Source: Okamejei kenojei
Taxonomy: Eukaryota
Reading direction: 5' to 3'
Assembly: GCA_035221665.1 (NCBI GenBank)
Contig: CM069133.1
Span: 56,048,001-56,112,000 of the forward strand
DNA: 64,000 bases
Under the pieces are notes generated by a model. It made no database searches. It had not been told where the DNA came from and worked only from the letters and a program-made list of their open reading frames with translations. Made by a program: the position numbers and the translations under genes. Each line of letters starts with the position of its first letter. Within the stretch, counting starts at the first letter, position 1. Of this stretch, positions 1 through 13,069 are shown piece by piece.

Positions 1-410
1 GCATTGTCTACACAAACAGGCGGAGGAAATTTCATATCAATTGCCATGGGGCAGTAATGCTTAATTTCTATTTTTGATGGGACAACATGAACATGTTTTT
101 AAAATGCCTAGTTACTCCAAACCAATACAATAATTGGAGGGATGTATGATGGCTTATGGATTTTTGAAAGCCAGATTTACACTATCAGAGAGTCACATAT
201 TTGACATTTCAAATTGTGTCAAATTAATTGGTTACATCATGGGATATATATAGTTGGCTAGATGAAAACCCCTGATCATTTTGAGTTGGTTATTTGAGTA
301 GACAGGTGGATCCTTGGTTTAAAGAATGATCAAAACACCATCACCTCCACTTCTATAACATTTGCTCAGCACTGCAATTAACTTTGAGTCTAGACATTTG
401 CTCAATATCT

Positions 411-534
411 CAATATCTCTTGTTTCCCTGATCCCTGACCAGTCTGAAGAAGGGTCTCGACCCGAAACGTCGCCTATCTCCTTCGCTCCTTAGATGCTGC
501 TGCACCCGCTGAGTTTCTCCAGCTTTTTGTGTAA
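411..534 (+). mobile_element. short Penelope-like terminal fragment with 12-bp TSD
   Basis: TGCTCAATATCT flanks it at 399-410 and 535-546. The body matches the terminal repeat found next to GIY-YIG-type fragments elsewhere in the window. Confidence 0.8.
441..474 (+). ncRNA. minimal hammerhead ribozyme-like motif (Penelope type)
   Basis: CTGAAGA (444-450), extra A, stem II GGGTC-TC-GACCC, GAAA, then CGTC. Helix III is reduced to the palindrome ACGT; predicted cut after GUC at 471; stem I weak. Confidence 0.7.
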
Positions 535-929
535 TGCTCAATATCTGGAATGGGAATGCCTTATCATCATTAAATCTCAACAGGTAGAGCGAACAAAATG
601 ATGTTTGTTTACTTCTCCTGCTCCAATTCTATTCCATGATCGAAAATGTAATAAAATAATCTTGGACCTGTGGTTAGATTCCAAAGTTTTTCATTAGTGA
701 ACTTAAATCCTTGACACTTACTGCCTAAACAAATATTGGTTAGGCAGTTGCACTGACATCAAATGTCTTGACTTGTCTTGATCCTCAAATTTTCTAGACG
801 CCGGTACACCATTGTACACTCTTGTACATTACCAAAAAAAATGCCTGTTGTACAAATACTTGATCAAGGAAACCCTCATTGCTATAAATGATCTCATCAG
901 ATCAAATTCAACATGTAGAATCGAAGAAT

Positions 930-1920
930 CATAGATTTGTTATAACGCACGCGACCGTTGAGTCTATGCCAGCTCCTAATAGATCAATCTCATTAATCCC
1001 GTTCTCCCACTTTTTCACCACAATTGCCTTGATGTTGAAATCTCTTGTCCCTGCAGCCAATCTAGTAAATCTCTCCTGCATCCTCTCTGGAACCTTTGTA
1101 TCACTCTTGAAGTGTGGTGACCAGAATTGGATGTAATATTCCAATTGCAAAATAGGTTCAACTTAATTTTCCTGTTTTTGAACATAGTGCCTTTATGAAT
1201 CCCGATCTCCCAAATATTTTCATCTCTTCTCTTCTAATATGTGCGCCCACTATCAAGGATTTATAAACATTCACATTCCGATCTCACTTTAGAAAAATGC
1301 CATTTAGTCCATATTGTCTTATATTCTTTCTGCCAAAGTGCACCACTTCACTGTTCTCTGCATTAAATTTCAATTGTTATAATGATCCACTCACCCAGCC
1401 TTTCATATCTTCTTCCAGTTTCTTAGCATCCTCTTCACTGTCATCACACTTCCTATCCATGTAGCTGTCTAAATATTTCTTAAACGTTGCGATAGTACTT
1501 GATTCAGCTACCTCCTGCAGTAGTTTGTTCCATACACCCACCACCCTTTCTGTAAAAAAAGTTACCACTCAGGTTTCCATTCAATCTTTCTCCCCGTCAC
1601 ATTAAACGTATATGTCCTCCAATTCTTGATCCCCCTGCTCTGGGCAAAAGACTGTGCATTTACCTGATCTATTCCTCTAGTTATTTTGTACACCTCTATA
1701 AGGTCATCCATTATCCACCTGCCCACCAAGAAATAAAGCCCAAGTCTTCTCAGCCTCTCCCGATAGCGCGGTCCCTCAAGTCCTGACCACATTCTGGTAA
1801 ATTTCAAGGTTGACGACATCTTTCCTATAACATTGTGAACAAAACTGAACACAATATTCTAAATATGGCCGCACTAATGTCATATAACTGTAACATGAAT
1901 TTCCAACTTCTATACTCTTT
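930..1920 (-). mobile_element. CR1 LINE ORF2 3' fragments (several, decayed)
   Basis: Peptides LEYYIQFWSPHFK, FFTERVVGVWNKL, DLIEVYKITRGID. Confidence 0.85.
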
Positions 1921-2374
1921 TATTAATTTATTTCTCTGTCTATGATACTTCACTCAGTTATTCATGTAGATTAAAAAAAACTTGGTCCCAGCTCTGACTT
2001 TGTGGTAACATCACTTTACTTCCTCTGCTCTGAACAACAACAATTTACCACTGCTCTCTCCCGTTAAGCATTTTTCCACCTCTGCTGCGACTGATGCTTT
2101 GGGTCCATGTCTGCAGTTGTATTGACAACTCTTCTGTAAGAGATTTTATTAAATGCTTCCCGAGAATCCAGATAGATAGCATCTACTGCATTCTATTCAG
2201 CTATCTTCTCTGTGATCTCATCAACAATTATGGCAAGTTTGTCAATTATGATTTGCTGTTGACAAATGCCGACTTGGGTCTCTTTAAAAAATTCAAACGT
2301 GGCCATATGCCCATCGGCTTTTCACTGCTTGTTATTTCAAGAACTCTGTATTTGTCAGGCATGTTCTTATGATG

Positions 2375-4090
2375 AATGAATGGATGAATGAATGAATTAA
2401 TGAATGAATAAGTTTATTGGCCAAGTATGTACACATACAAGGAATTTGCCTTGGTGCTCTGCTCGCAAGTAACAACACGACATACAGTAAACAATTAAGA
2501 ATAAAACATAAAACATTAAAACATTAAGAATAAAATATTATAGTTTAACATGTGAATGAAATAAAATACCAGAGTAAAAGGAGGCTGCAGACCTTTGGTT
2601 ATTGAGTAGAGCTACGGCTCGTGGATAAAAGCTGTTTTTATGTCTGGCTGTGGCGGCTTTGACAGTCCGGATTTGCTTTCCAGAGGGAAGTGGTTCAAAG
2701 AGTTTATGACCAGGGTGGGAGGGGTCAAAGATGACCTTACCCGCTCGCTTCCTGGCCCTTGCAGTGTACAGTTCATCAATGGAGGGAAGGTTGCAGCCAG
2801 CAACCTTCTCGGCTGATCGAACGATTCGTTACATCCTCCAGATGTCATGCTTGGTGGCTGAGGCAAACTAGACCATGATGGAGAAAGTGAGGACAGACTC
2901 TACGATGGCCATATAGAATTGGACCATCATCACCTGTGGCAGATTGTGCTTCCTCAGCTGCCGCAGGAAGGACATCCTTTGATGTGCCTTTTTGACTGTG
3001 GAGTTGATGGTGGCCCTCCATTTAAGGTCCTTGGATATGATAGTTCCCAGGAACCACCATAACCTTAAACGACTGTGATGTTGTTGATGGTGAGTGGGGG
3101 GAGGGGAGAGGGAGCTCTCCTAAAGTCTACAATCAATTCTACTGTCTTAAGAACATTGAGCTCTAGGTTGTTGTGACGGCACCAGGATGCCAGCTGCGAC
3201 ACTTCCTGTCTGCAACCAGATTCCTCCCCATCCTGGATCAGTCTAATCAGGGTTGTGTCGTCCACAAACCTGAGAAGCTTGACAGAGGAGCCTGTGGAGG
3301 TCCAGTCGTTGTAAAGAGAGTAAAGGAGATGGGGGAGGGGGGGTACACAGCCTTGCGGTGCTCCTATGTCGAGATGTGCTTTCCCAGTCTCACATGCTGC
3401 TTCCTGTCTGTCAGGAAGTTGGCGATCCACTGACAGATGGGTTCAGGCACAATCAACTGGGAGAGTTTGGAGTGTAGTAACTCTGGCACAATGCAGAGCT
3501 AAAATCCACAAACAAAATCCTTGCATAGGTCCCCTGGCAGTCTAGGTGCTGGATGATGAAGTGCAGCTAGTTGACTGCATCATCCACTAATCTATTGGCC
3601 CAGTATGCAAACTGCAGAGGGTCCAGCAGGGGGTTTATGATTTTTTTCAGCTGGGCCAGCACGTCAGTGTGACTGACCTGTAGTCATTAAAATGGCTGTG
3701 TATGATAACGGCGCCAGTTGTTCGGCACAGAGCTTGAGGGTAGAGGGGGAAACATTGTCCGGCCCTGGAGATTTCCGGCTTTTCTGTCTTCTGAATAGCC
3801 TCTCGACCTCCTCATATTCTATTGGTGGCAATGGAGAAGTGGCCAGACTGATGTTGGGCAGCAAGGAAGGGGTGGGTAGTGGACAGGGGCCAGTCTTTGC
3901 AAACTGGAGTCAGGCTGTAAGTGGGTGTTAAAATGGTGATTGGAGAAGGGTGGGTGGGAAAGGGCCCAGTCTTTGCAGACTGGAGTCAGGCTGTGAGCAG
4001 GTGTGAAGTGGTGATTGGGGAGGGGGGAGGGGGTACCAGGGTGAACTAAGATAGTAACCTTTGTTATCTTCCAGTCTTCTTGCACCTTCC
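2375..4090 (-). mobile_element. Rex1/Babar-like LINE, 5'-truncated, (TTCA)n tail
   Basis: KSPGPDNVSPSTLKLCAEQLAP, GAPQGCV, LLRFVDDTTLI, LELNVLKTVELIVDFRR; AATAAA and microsatellite tail at about 2375-2420. Confidence 0.85.
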
Positions 4091-4639
4091 CCATTTATGG
4101 AGGACAGGAAGAGTATTGAAGCTTGCCTTCAACCTCCATGCTTCCCCCCTTAGAAACTGAGGAGATGTTCATACTATGCTATGTGATATGTTTATCTACG
4201 CTATGTGATATGTACCTCCTGTTTATCAATTTTCACCACTCATAATCACTCCTCTCTTTCATTTCACTGAAATTAAGATAACATTCGTCCTCTTTGGTAT
4301 ATGCCAATACTAAGTACTCATTTAGTATTCCAGCTCACATTCTGCCTTTACACAGGCACCACCTTTATCCTAATTTGTTCCACATCTCTACACTTATTTA
4401 CTATTGAGAGCCTTTCTAAAACTTTTAGGTTCTTTCTTACGTTAAAAATCGTTCTTTCCATTTCTCTCTACTGGTCTGAGTTTTCATAACATCATAGAAT
4501 TATAATGCAGCCAAATGAGTCCTTTCAATCCACCTTATCTCAGCTGACCCTGATGCCATATAACCATATAACATATAACACCATATAACAGTGCCGATCT
4601 ATGCTGAACACATTTGCCCACAATAGGTCCACAAAATTC

Positions 4640-4815
4640 ACCATCTTTGTAACCTAAAACTACTTTCTTTTTCTCCCTTTCCCAGTTCAGAGGAAACGTC
4701 TTTGACCTGAAATGCTAACTCGGTTTCTCTTTCCACAGTTGCTTCTGACCTGCGGAGTGTTTCCAGTATTTTCTGTTTTTGTTTCAGATTTCCTGCATCT
4801 GCTGAGTTTTTGGTT
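4640..4815 (+). mobile_element. older Penelope-like terminal repeat (family B)
   Basis: Degenerate hammerhead-like core followed by ccacagttgcttctgacctgcggagtgtttccag tail, related to the other termini. Confidence 0.55.
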
Positions 4816-4819
4816 GTTG

Positions 4820-5041
4820 GTCTGTGGAATTCTCTGCCTCAGAGGGCGGTGGAAGCAGGTTCTCTGGATGCGTTCAAGAGAGAGCTAGATAGGGCTCTTA
4901 AAATAGCGGAGTCAGGGGATGTGGGGAGAAGGCAGGAACGGGGTACTGATTGGGGATGATCAGCCATGACCACGTTGAATGGCGGTGCTGGCTCGAAGGG
5001 CTGAATGGCCTACTCCTGCACCTATTGTCTATTGTCTATTG
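4820..5041 (+). mobile_element. CR1 3' end, (TCTATTG)n tail
   Basis: ctgtggaattctctgcctcagagg...gaatggcctactcctgcacctattgtctattgtctatt. Confidence 0.9.
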
Positions 5042-5239
5042 CCCTTATCCCTTTACACCATCTAAGTTCCTGTCCAGAAATCTTTGAAATATAGTTGTAT
5101 CTGTTGTCCAAATGCAATTTACACATTGCAATTGTTTTCTTCTTACTTCTTGGCTCAGTTTACTATATTCAGAATAGTTCTCCCTGAAATGATTAACTGG
5201 TACCTTGCACCATGATACTACTCGCATTTCTTGACACTG

Positions 5240-6060
5240 ATTTATTATTCTCATGTGCACCGAGATACAGTGAGAAACATTGGTTGCATGCTATCCATTC
5301 AGATCAAATCATATGTATACAATCGAATTGTACACAATAGGTAGTACAAAGAAAAATACTAATGTAGAATGTTGTCTTACAGCGTTACAACCTTACATTT
5401 GGAAAGAAAAGTTCCAACAGCTGCATGAGGTTGGTTGGAAGATTGGGACTACAACCTAGCTTATGGGAGAACCATTCATTGGTCTTATAACTAAAGGGAA
5501 TGAGCTGTTCCTGAATCTGGTGGTATGTGCTTTCAAGTTTTTGTATCTTCTGCCCGACGGAAGTGGAGAGAAGAGGGAATGAGTGGGATGAGGGAATGAT
5601 CAAACTACATGTAAAACTCTATGAAATTTATTGCGGTCTTGAGCAGGGCTGTTCCCAAACTAAATTTTGATGCAACCCAATAGTATGCTTTCTACTGTGT
5701 ATCTACAGAAGTTGGCAAGAGTTGTTTGAAATTTGGCAAAAGTTCATCTCCTGCAGATATAGTGGCATTGGTGTGCTTTTTGGCTATAACTTCAACATGG
5801 TTGGACAAATATTTACACCACAGAACTTGAAACTCTCAAGCACTTTCACTTTGGCACCATTGACACTGATTGGGGCATGTACTCCATCATGCTTTCTGAA
5901 GTGAATAACTAGCGATTTCAGCTTGCTGACATTGAAGAAGAGGTTGTCGTCTTGACACCATGTTACTAAGTTCTCCATATCCTTCCTGTACTCTGTTACA
6001 TCATTGTTCATGACCCAGTCCACTGCATTGATATAATCTGGAAACTTGTTGAAGGAGTTA
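5240..6060 (-). mobile_element. Rex1-like LINE 3' fragment
   Basis: WCQDDNLFFNVSKLKSLVIHFRK...ESFKFCGVNI. Confidence 0.7.
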
Positions 6061-6469
6061 GCCTAAAGTTTACTCACAGTCGTGAGACCCTTGTCTTCCA
6101 GGATAGTTTTGTTGGTTCCTTACCTTTTAATTTGTGGAATGTATATGGACTGTACCTGATACAACTAGTCCTCATAGATGACTCATGTCTCATAGAAGTA
6201 GAGGTACCAGGTAGAACTGCTGCCTCGTAGCTCCAGTAACTTAATTCTAACCTCCAGTGCTCCCTGTATGGAGTTTGCATGTTCTTCTTGTGGCACTATG
6301 GATTCCTACCATCCCATCACATGGGGGCTTCAGTTTCCTTCAACATCCTGAAGGTCCATTTCTTGGTAATCCTTATCTATCTTTTCTATTACTAAATACT
6401 CTTGTCCTTCTAACTGATCATTCAGCTAAACACTGCCCAACACACATTTTTGAAGTAAAAATAAGCCTT

Positions 6470-6860
6470 GAGGTTATATAGCACTTGCCACAGCCTCAGG
6501 GCATCCCAAATGTATTTTCTCTCATTTAAGTGCTTTCGAATTGCAGTGAACAGGACAGCCAATCTGCCCATGGCAAGCTCCATGGAAAACAGTGCAACAA
6601 TTACCAGAAAAAACTGTTTCTGTAATGATACCTAGGAGTAAATATTAGCCAGCCCACTAACTGAGATTGGTGGAATATTTTACATATGAACAACAAGGTA
6701 AATTGGGCCTCGTTAACATCTTATGCCAAAAAAGTCACCTCTGGTAATATAGTATAACCTAGTGATGGACAAACGTCAACCTGGAGTCTTGTGTGCAAGT
6801 CATTGGAGTGGGATAGGAAGCTTTAGTACCCTGAGTCAAAGATCAACTGAACCATGGTTG
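6470..6860 (-). mobile_element. ancient Deu-domain SINE remnant (SacSINE1-like)
   Basis: Diverged resemblance to the recalled Deu-SINE consensus (gggcctcgttaacatctt...tgtgcaagtcattggagtggga); similar remnants at about 295-560 and 44430-44590. Confidence 0.45.
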
Positions 6861-6987
6861 GCATCTATAAATTAAATGAAATTTTGTAAGGGTCAGAAAA
6901 CGGAATTTGCAGCCAAAGGAAGAAAGTAAATAAAATCTCAGTATTTTTCAACATTAAGCCAAGTGGTCTTTTTGGATGATTGATTAT

Positions 6988-7201
6988 AGGGCCTGTCCCA
7001 CTTTCACAACCTAATTCACGACCTCTGACGAGTTTGCCCTTGACTCGTACTCGCAGCATGGTCGTCATGAGGTCGTAGGAGGTCGTAGGTAGGTCGTGAT
7101 GCTAGTCGTTGGTACTCGTGGCATCAAGTAGGTCGAGGCGTTTTCCTAGCCTGATGAAAAATGTCCATTAGTAAAAAGGTCGTGAAAGTGGGACAGGCCC
7201 T
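6988..7201. mobile_element. PIF/Harbinger-type MITE, 214 bp
   Basis: Perfect 20-bp TIR AGGGCCTGTCCCACTTTCAC; flanks TAT/TAA (TWA-type target). Confidence 0.85.
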
Positions 7202-8304
7202 TAAGCCTTCTGGGACACTAAGATCAGAAAATTAAGTGAATTATGTCCTTATCACTATCAGTTCATTATTGCAGGAGATGTTTAAAAATACATTAGGGAT
7301 AATTGAGACGAAAATCAAAATATATTCAAATTAGTTGTTGCGATGCAATTGAAATATCAGAGTACATTTTAACTTGCTCCATAGCTGTTAAACTGCTGCT
7401 GCAAATTGGCCACTTATTGCAAAAACTACTGTAAACTCCTTATACTGAATTCTGCGGAATGACTGCTACTCCATGCTAAGTCCCATTCACCCATGTGGTT
7501 GCTTATTGACACCAACTCCCCTTTGGCAATGCCTCAAATATGAAACATTAATTCTTCTCTTTGAAATACATTGTGACCTGCTCCCTATCTCACGGAGCCT
7601 TGTCTATTCTTAAAATCCACTGAGAGTCCTCTATTCTAATTCTAGTATTTAGTGCATTGACTATTTTATTTATGTCACTAATGCTGGCAGTGGAGTTTCC
7701 AATGCCCATTCTCTACCTAACCTTTTTGTCTTTCTCCTTCATCGTCCTCTAGGTTACCTAACTATTCACTTTGACCTGGTATTTGTCCTCCTATTTTCTC
7801 TTTGTGTCAGATTTTGTCATGGACCTCTTTTAAATTACTTCTGATATTTTACCATGGGACAAATGCCATATCAATATTGTTCCTGAGATTTCTTGAAGCT
7901 CTGTTCTCCCTTGTTCTTATTTTTGGGTTGCTTAATTTAGGAAGGCAGACAAGGCTAAGAGACTTTCGCACACTCTCGGCTCTTGGGACAGAGTAAATAT
8001 GGTGATGTGACTTTAATCCTTATATTTACAGTACAAAGAGTTAAAGATCACTGACTAATGTGCACAGTTAAAAGCACAACCTCATGTGTTGCCACCGTGT
8101 GATACCTATTTTTGCAGGAGCACAGCTCAGTGTATCTCTGCAATGATTGCATTGGTCACCAAGCTGGTCTCACACCCAATCAATGTGATCAGGATTGCTG
8201 TTCCCTCAGCCAGGGTATTTAGCTTGATAAGGCAACTTCACCACCATTGAAGTAAACCATTTTCGTGCAGTGTTTGGAAGCAAAGCCAATTAGCATTTTT
8301 TGCA

Positions 8305-8492
8305 TATCCTTTCTTCATATCTTTCATTCATTGTTCTTTATCTCTCTACATCAGCGTCTATATCTCTCATTTCTCATTTCCCTTTTCCCTGACTAGTCTG
8401 AAGTAGTGTCTCGACCCAAAATGTCACCCATCCCTTCGCTCCGTAGATGCTGCATGTCCCGCTGAGTTACTCCAGATTTTTGTGTCTATCTT
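8305..8492 (+). mobile_element. Penelope-like terminal fragment with decayed hammerhead motif
   Basis: ctgaagtagtgtctcgacccaaaatgtc at 8398, then gatgctgcatgtcccgctgagttactccag. Confidence 0.75.
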
Positions 8493-9754
8493 TAATTTAT
8501 ATTTACTTGGGATCAAGCAGTTAGCATGTGGCAGCCTCCACTCAGCAGTTCAAAGGCATTAAAGTTCTGTGACTGGGATTGCAGTGTAACTGAGATACTA
8601 ACATCTGGTGATGTAGCTGCCATTATGGATTAGAATAAAGAAGTACAGCAAAGAAACAGGCACTTTGGGCTGCAATGTCTGCGCTAAGCATAATGCCAAA
8701 CTAACCTAATCTCTTCTGCATCCATATGTTTCATATCCCCCCAATTCTTGAGTCAATCTTAAAGCCACTTAAACACATCCACTCACTATATCTGCTTCCA
8801 CCACCGCCCCTGGTTGCATATTCCATGTAGCTATCACTCTCAGTGTAAACAACATGGTCCAATCAGATTGTGGAGGAATTCAAAATAATAACTGAAATTC
8901 CCACCAAAAATGAGTCCTAAATCTAAATGATAAATGATAAGAGACATTTTCTTCTCTGTTTCAGCTGCTAGAATAGAAAAGTGATAAATAATGGCATTAT
9001 CTCACCCCCAGCACCATTAAGTCCAACGCACAGCTTCACGTTTGTTGAAATTGCAATTTTTCTTACTCGGGTGTGTGTGATAAACATGATTAATGTGGTT
9101 TTTGTTATTTTCAGATAACCTTCAAAAGTAGTAAAAGTCATCTTCTGATTAATCCTGACCTCACCAATTTCCAGTTACTTTCAAATCACAGATAACAAAG
9201 CCAGCAGTGTGCAAATAGGCAGCTGACCTGACTCTTCTTCACAATTAATTGCAGCCATTCGATTACATTGCCCTGTCAGATGTCTTTAGTCACACAAGCA
9301 TTGTCTGATGTCTCGACCAATCTCAACAGTTTACATAAAATACCCCTTTCTCTCTTCTGTGCTTACACTAGGGAATAAACATGCCAACAATAGCAATGTA
9401 TTACTTGCAAAGAGGATTTGTGACAAGCCATGAAATGTCTGACTTTGGTCATGCTGCAATATTAACTCATAAATCTTATGATACGTGCACCGTCTTCGTA
9501 TTGTTTGTATATTTAAAAAAAATCTCTAATGTGGGCTGTAAATGTTTGCACCTTCTCCTAATATATGTTGTTGAAAATCCTCAGAAACATTCTTTGAAAA
9601 TAAGTAAGAAGAGATTGATGTTTTAGGATTTCTTCTGGTGCTACATTTGTGGTGTGAACCTAAAGAGGTAGTCCAAGTCCACCTCAAGTTGACTGCTCTA
9701 CCTTGACATGGAGCAATTGAACCTTTAAACATGCGTCCACCCCCAAAGGGGCAA

Positions 9755-10362
9755 CAGAACTTCTCCTGGACCACCCATATTGAAGAGATGATTAAGACAG
9801 CATACCAATGCCTCCACTTCCTTAGAAGGATTAGGAAGTTTGGCATGTCCACAACAACTCTCACCAACCTCTACAGATGCGCCAAGAAATTACAGCGAAT
9901 TGTGGACTCGTTGAGCCCGGACCATCACACAAACCAACCTCCCTTCCATTGACCCCCTTTATTCCTCAAGCTGCCCTGGGAAGGTCAGCAGCATAATCAA
10001 GGACGAGTCGTACTCTGGACACACCCTCTTCTCCCCTCTACCATCGGGCAAAAAGTAAAGAAGTGTGAGGATGCACACCATCAGATTCAGGGACAGTTTT
10101 TCCCAGATGTTATCAGGCAAATTAACAATCCTACCAACAATTAGAGAACAGCCTTAAGCAACTATCTACTTCATTGGAGACCCTCAGACTAACTTCAATT
10201 GGAATTTACTGGATTGCACTAATTTCCTTTATGATGTATATGTACACTATGGATGGCTCAATTGTAATCATGCATTGTCTTTCCGCTGACTGGTTAGCAC
10301 ACAACAAAAGCTTTTCACTGTGCCTCAGTACACATAACAATAAACTAAATTAAACTAAACCT
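9755..10362 (+). mobile_element. Rex1-like LINE 3' fragment, (CTAAA)n tail
   Basis: LHFLRRIRKFGMSTTTLTNLYRC; ends caataaactaaattaaactaaac. Confidence 0.8.
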
Positions 10363-11114
10363 CCTGACTGAATACATCAACAAATGCACTAATTAGCAAT
10401 CTCATCAACATTATAGGAAAGGACCTCAAGTTAGATATACTTCTCAGTGCAGGTTAATGCTTGGAACCCATGGAAAAGTTGTTGTGCAAGAACAGGTCTT
10501 TAGATTGGTTTAGATAACAAGAACAGAATCCACTGCTGCTCCATCCATTTGAGAGCCTGTCATGGATTTCAACAATAAAATGAAGCTTGATTGGAGTGAA
10601 TGCTTGTTAGAAATCTCTCTTCCTGACAGAGGGTCAGGACCTATTTATTGAGAATCTTTCAGTCATCTAAAACATGACCTAATAAGTTGTCAGTTGTTCC
10701 TGAGAGAAAGATCAGCCTTTTGAAGGGCATTAATGACTCCATGACAAACTGTGACAAACATGTTCTGAGTCTTATGGAGCTAATTTATAGGGAGAGACCC
10801 GAGAACTGTTTCTCTGTAAATAGACATTAGATTGTGTGGCTGTACTGGAGTTCACCAATTTATGAATCTCTTTCATAATCTTGCAATTCCACAAGCTGCG
10901 AGATGCCATACAAGATTTATTTTCTATCAGTCTGACTATACCTGCCTGGTTTCATGCAAGCAAATGTATTGTTACATTTATGTTTGCCATGCTGCAAGCC
11001 AAGAATAAGATGTCTTATTTTTATATCCAATTCTACTAAATGGGGACAACCAAATCTACATTGTTGCAATCAGATAAAAGTAAAAATAAACTAAGTCTAA
11101 CAGATTTACCTTGG

Positions 11115-12418
11115 GTGTGTGTGTAAAATGCAAAGTGCTGGAGTAACAGTCAGGTCAGGTAGCATCTCTGGAGGACGTTCCCTTTTCAGATGGGAGTAGG
11201 GAGGTGAAAGCTGGAAAAAAGTTGGGGACGGACAAAGCCTAGCAATTGATAGGTGGATATAGATGAGGGGGAGTTGGTTTGATTGGCTGATGGGTGAACG
11301 AATGATGGTGGGCCCGATGGTGTATCTGTTCTCAAAACCAATGCGGACCAACTGGCTGGAGTTTTTGTGGACATCTTCAACCTCTCATTACTGAAGTCAG
11401 TTCCCACTTGCTTTAAGAGGGCATCAATAATACCGTTGCCCAATAAGAGTAAGGTGACATGCCTCAATGACTACCGACCGGTGGCACTAATACACATGGT
11501 CATGAAGTGATTTAAGAGGTTGGTTATGGAGCATCTCAATTCCTAGCTAAGCGAGAACCTGGACCCATTCAATTTGCCCGCTGCTACAATATATTAACGA
11601 AGGATGGAATCTCGCTGGCTCTCCACTCTTCACTGGACCACTTTGGCAATAAAAACACAAATGTCAGGCTGTTATTCATGGACTACAGCTCAGCATTCGA
11701 CACCGTCATCCCCTCCAACATGATTACCAAGCTCAGAGAATTGGATCTTTGTGCATTCCTCTGCAACTGGATCCCCAGCTTGCTCATCCACAGAACATAA
11801 TCAGTTTTAATTGGTGGCAACACTTCCTTCTTGATAACTGTGAGCAGAGGAGCACCTCAAAGTTGTGTGCTCAGCCCACTGCTCTATTCATTATATGCGC
11901 TTGGCTGTGTAGCCAGGCATAGTTCCAACTCCATCTTTAAATTCACCAATGACTCCACCATTGTTGGACGAATTACGAATGATGATGAATCAGGGTATAG
12001 GAGGGAGATCGATCGTCTGAACAGCAACCTTGCTTGTTACCTAAAATTGAAAATTAAAATTGAAGTCAAGTGGAATATGAGGTGCTATTGCTCCAGTTTG
12101 AGTGTGGCCTCACTCCGGCAATGGAGGAGGCCCAGGACAGTAAGGTCAGTGTGGGCATGGGAAGGGGAATGCAAATGGTTAACCGCCCCGGGCGATCTGG
12201 TAAGCCTAGGCTGATCGAGCACATGTTCCACAAAACGGTCTCTGAGTCTATGCTTGGTCTCCCCGGTGTACAGGAGGCCACATCGGATGCAGTAGATGAG
12301 GTTGGAGGAGGTGCACGTGAACCTCTATCTCATTTGGAAAGTCTGCTGGTGTAATTGAAAGAATGTGAGGGAGGAGGTATACGGACTGGTGTTACATCTC
12401 CTGTGATTGCAGGGATAA
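11115..12418 (-). mobile_element. Penelope-like element 3' part (GIY-YIG C-terminal region), interrupted
   Basis: 12066-12180 on the minus strand matches the HFNSPSHSHTDL..LGLLHC..EAT.KLE.QHLIF region seen at 30.8 kb and 61.3 kb; terminal repeat at 11115-11200. Confidence 0.7.
11311..12025 (+). mobile_element. Rex1-like RT fragment inside the Penelope-like element
   Basis: GPDGV...DIFNLSL...[12 protein letters not shown]...[10 protein letters not shown]; GAPQSCVLSPLLYSLY; KFTNDSTIVG. Confidence 0.85.
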
Positions 12419-12420
12419 GT

Positions 12421-12685
12421 AGTTTAGTTTAGTTCAGCACTGACCAGCAATCCCCGGACAGTGACATGATCCTACACTAGGGACAATTTACATTTATACC
12501 AAGCCCATTAACCTACAAAGCTGTACATCTTTGAAATGTGGGAGGAAACCGTTGATCTCAGAGAAAACCCATGCAAGTCACGGGGAGAACGTACAAACTC
12601 CTTTTAGACAACACCAGTAGTACGGTTCAAACCCGGGTCCCTGGCACTGTACGGCAGTAATTGTACCGCTGCACCAGCGTGCAGC
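12421..12685 (-). mobile_element. HE1-like tRNA-derived V-SINE
   Basis: Reverse complement of the copy at 47356; (TTTAG)n tail on the plus strand. Confidence 0.8.
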
Positions 12686-12901
12686 TGTAGATGTTCCTTT
12701 GCTTTGGAATACTTCAGAGATGTGGCATAGTCAAACCTGCCTGCCCAGCTTCAAAGGGACATGGGAGCCAACAAAATCCAACGTCAGTTAAAAGAATCTT
12801 TTGGATTTTGGCAAGTGCAGAAGTTGTACATTTTTTTAATTTTCCTTCCTCATTTTATGTTGTTGCATAGCATTTAGCTATTTTCAGGAATGTAAGCTTA
12901 C

Positions 12902-13069
12902 CAATGAGATCCCATTCTCCATTGGGTATATAAGTGGAAATATCAGCTTCCATCATCTGCAGATCTAATAGCCAGCCGTCATGTGTCCAGGAGCCAAACT
13001 TTAAATCACATCTCTGGACATCAAAGGGGAACCAGCGGACATCAATGTAGCATGTGCTCTTCAGGATAC
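12902..13069 (-). CDS. CHRNA8: nAChR alpha7-family coding exon with Cys-loop and loop B, equivalent to CHRNA7 exon 6
   Basis: [56 protein letters not shown](G), containing the C-x13-C Cys-loop. 168 bp with ctgtag| acceptor and |gtaag donor. ILKSTC and [10 protein letters not shown] are alpha8-like; the paralog call is less sure (about 0.75) than the family call. Confidence 0.95.

Noticed and set aside
1-12901. Search for the next exon (loop C Cys-Cys and TM1, about 195 bp)
   Set aside because: No CCKEPYPD or RRRTLYY coding stretch seen by eye; it probably lies beyond the window start.
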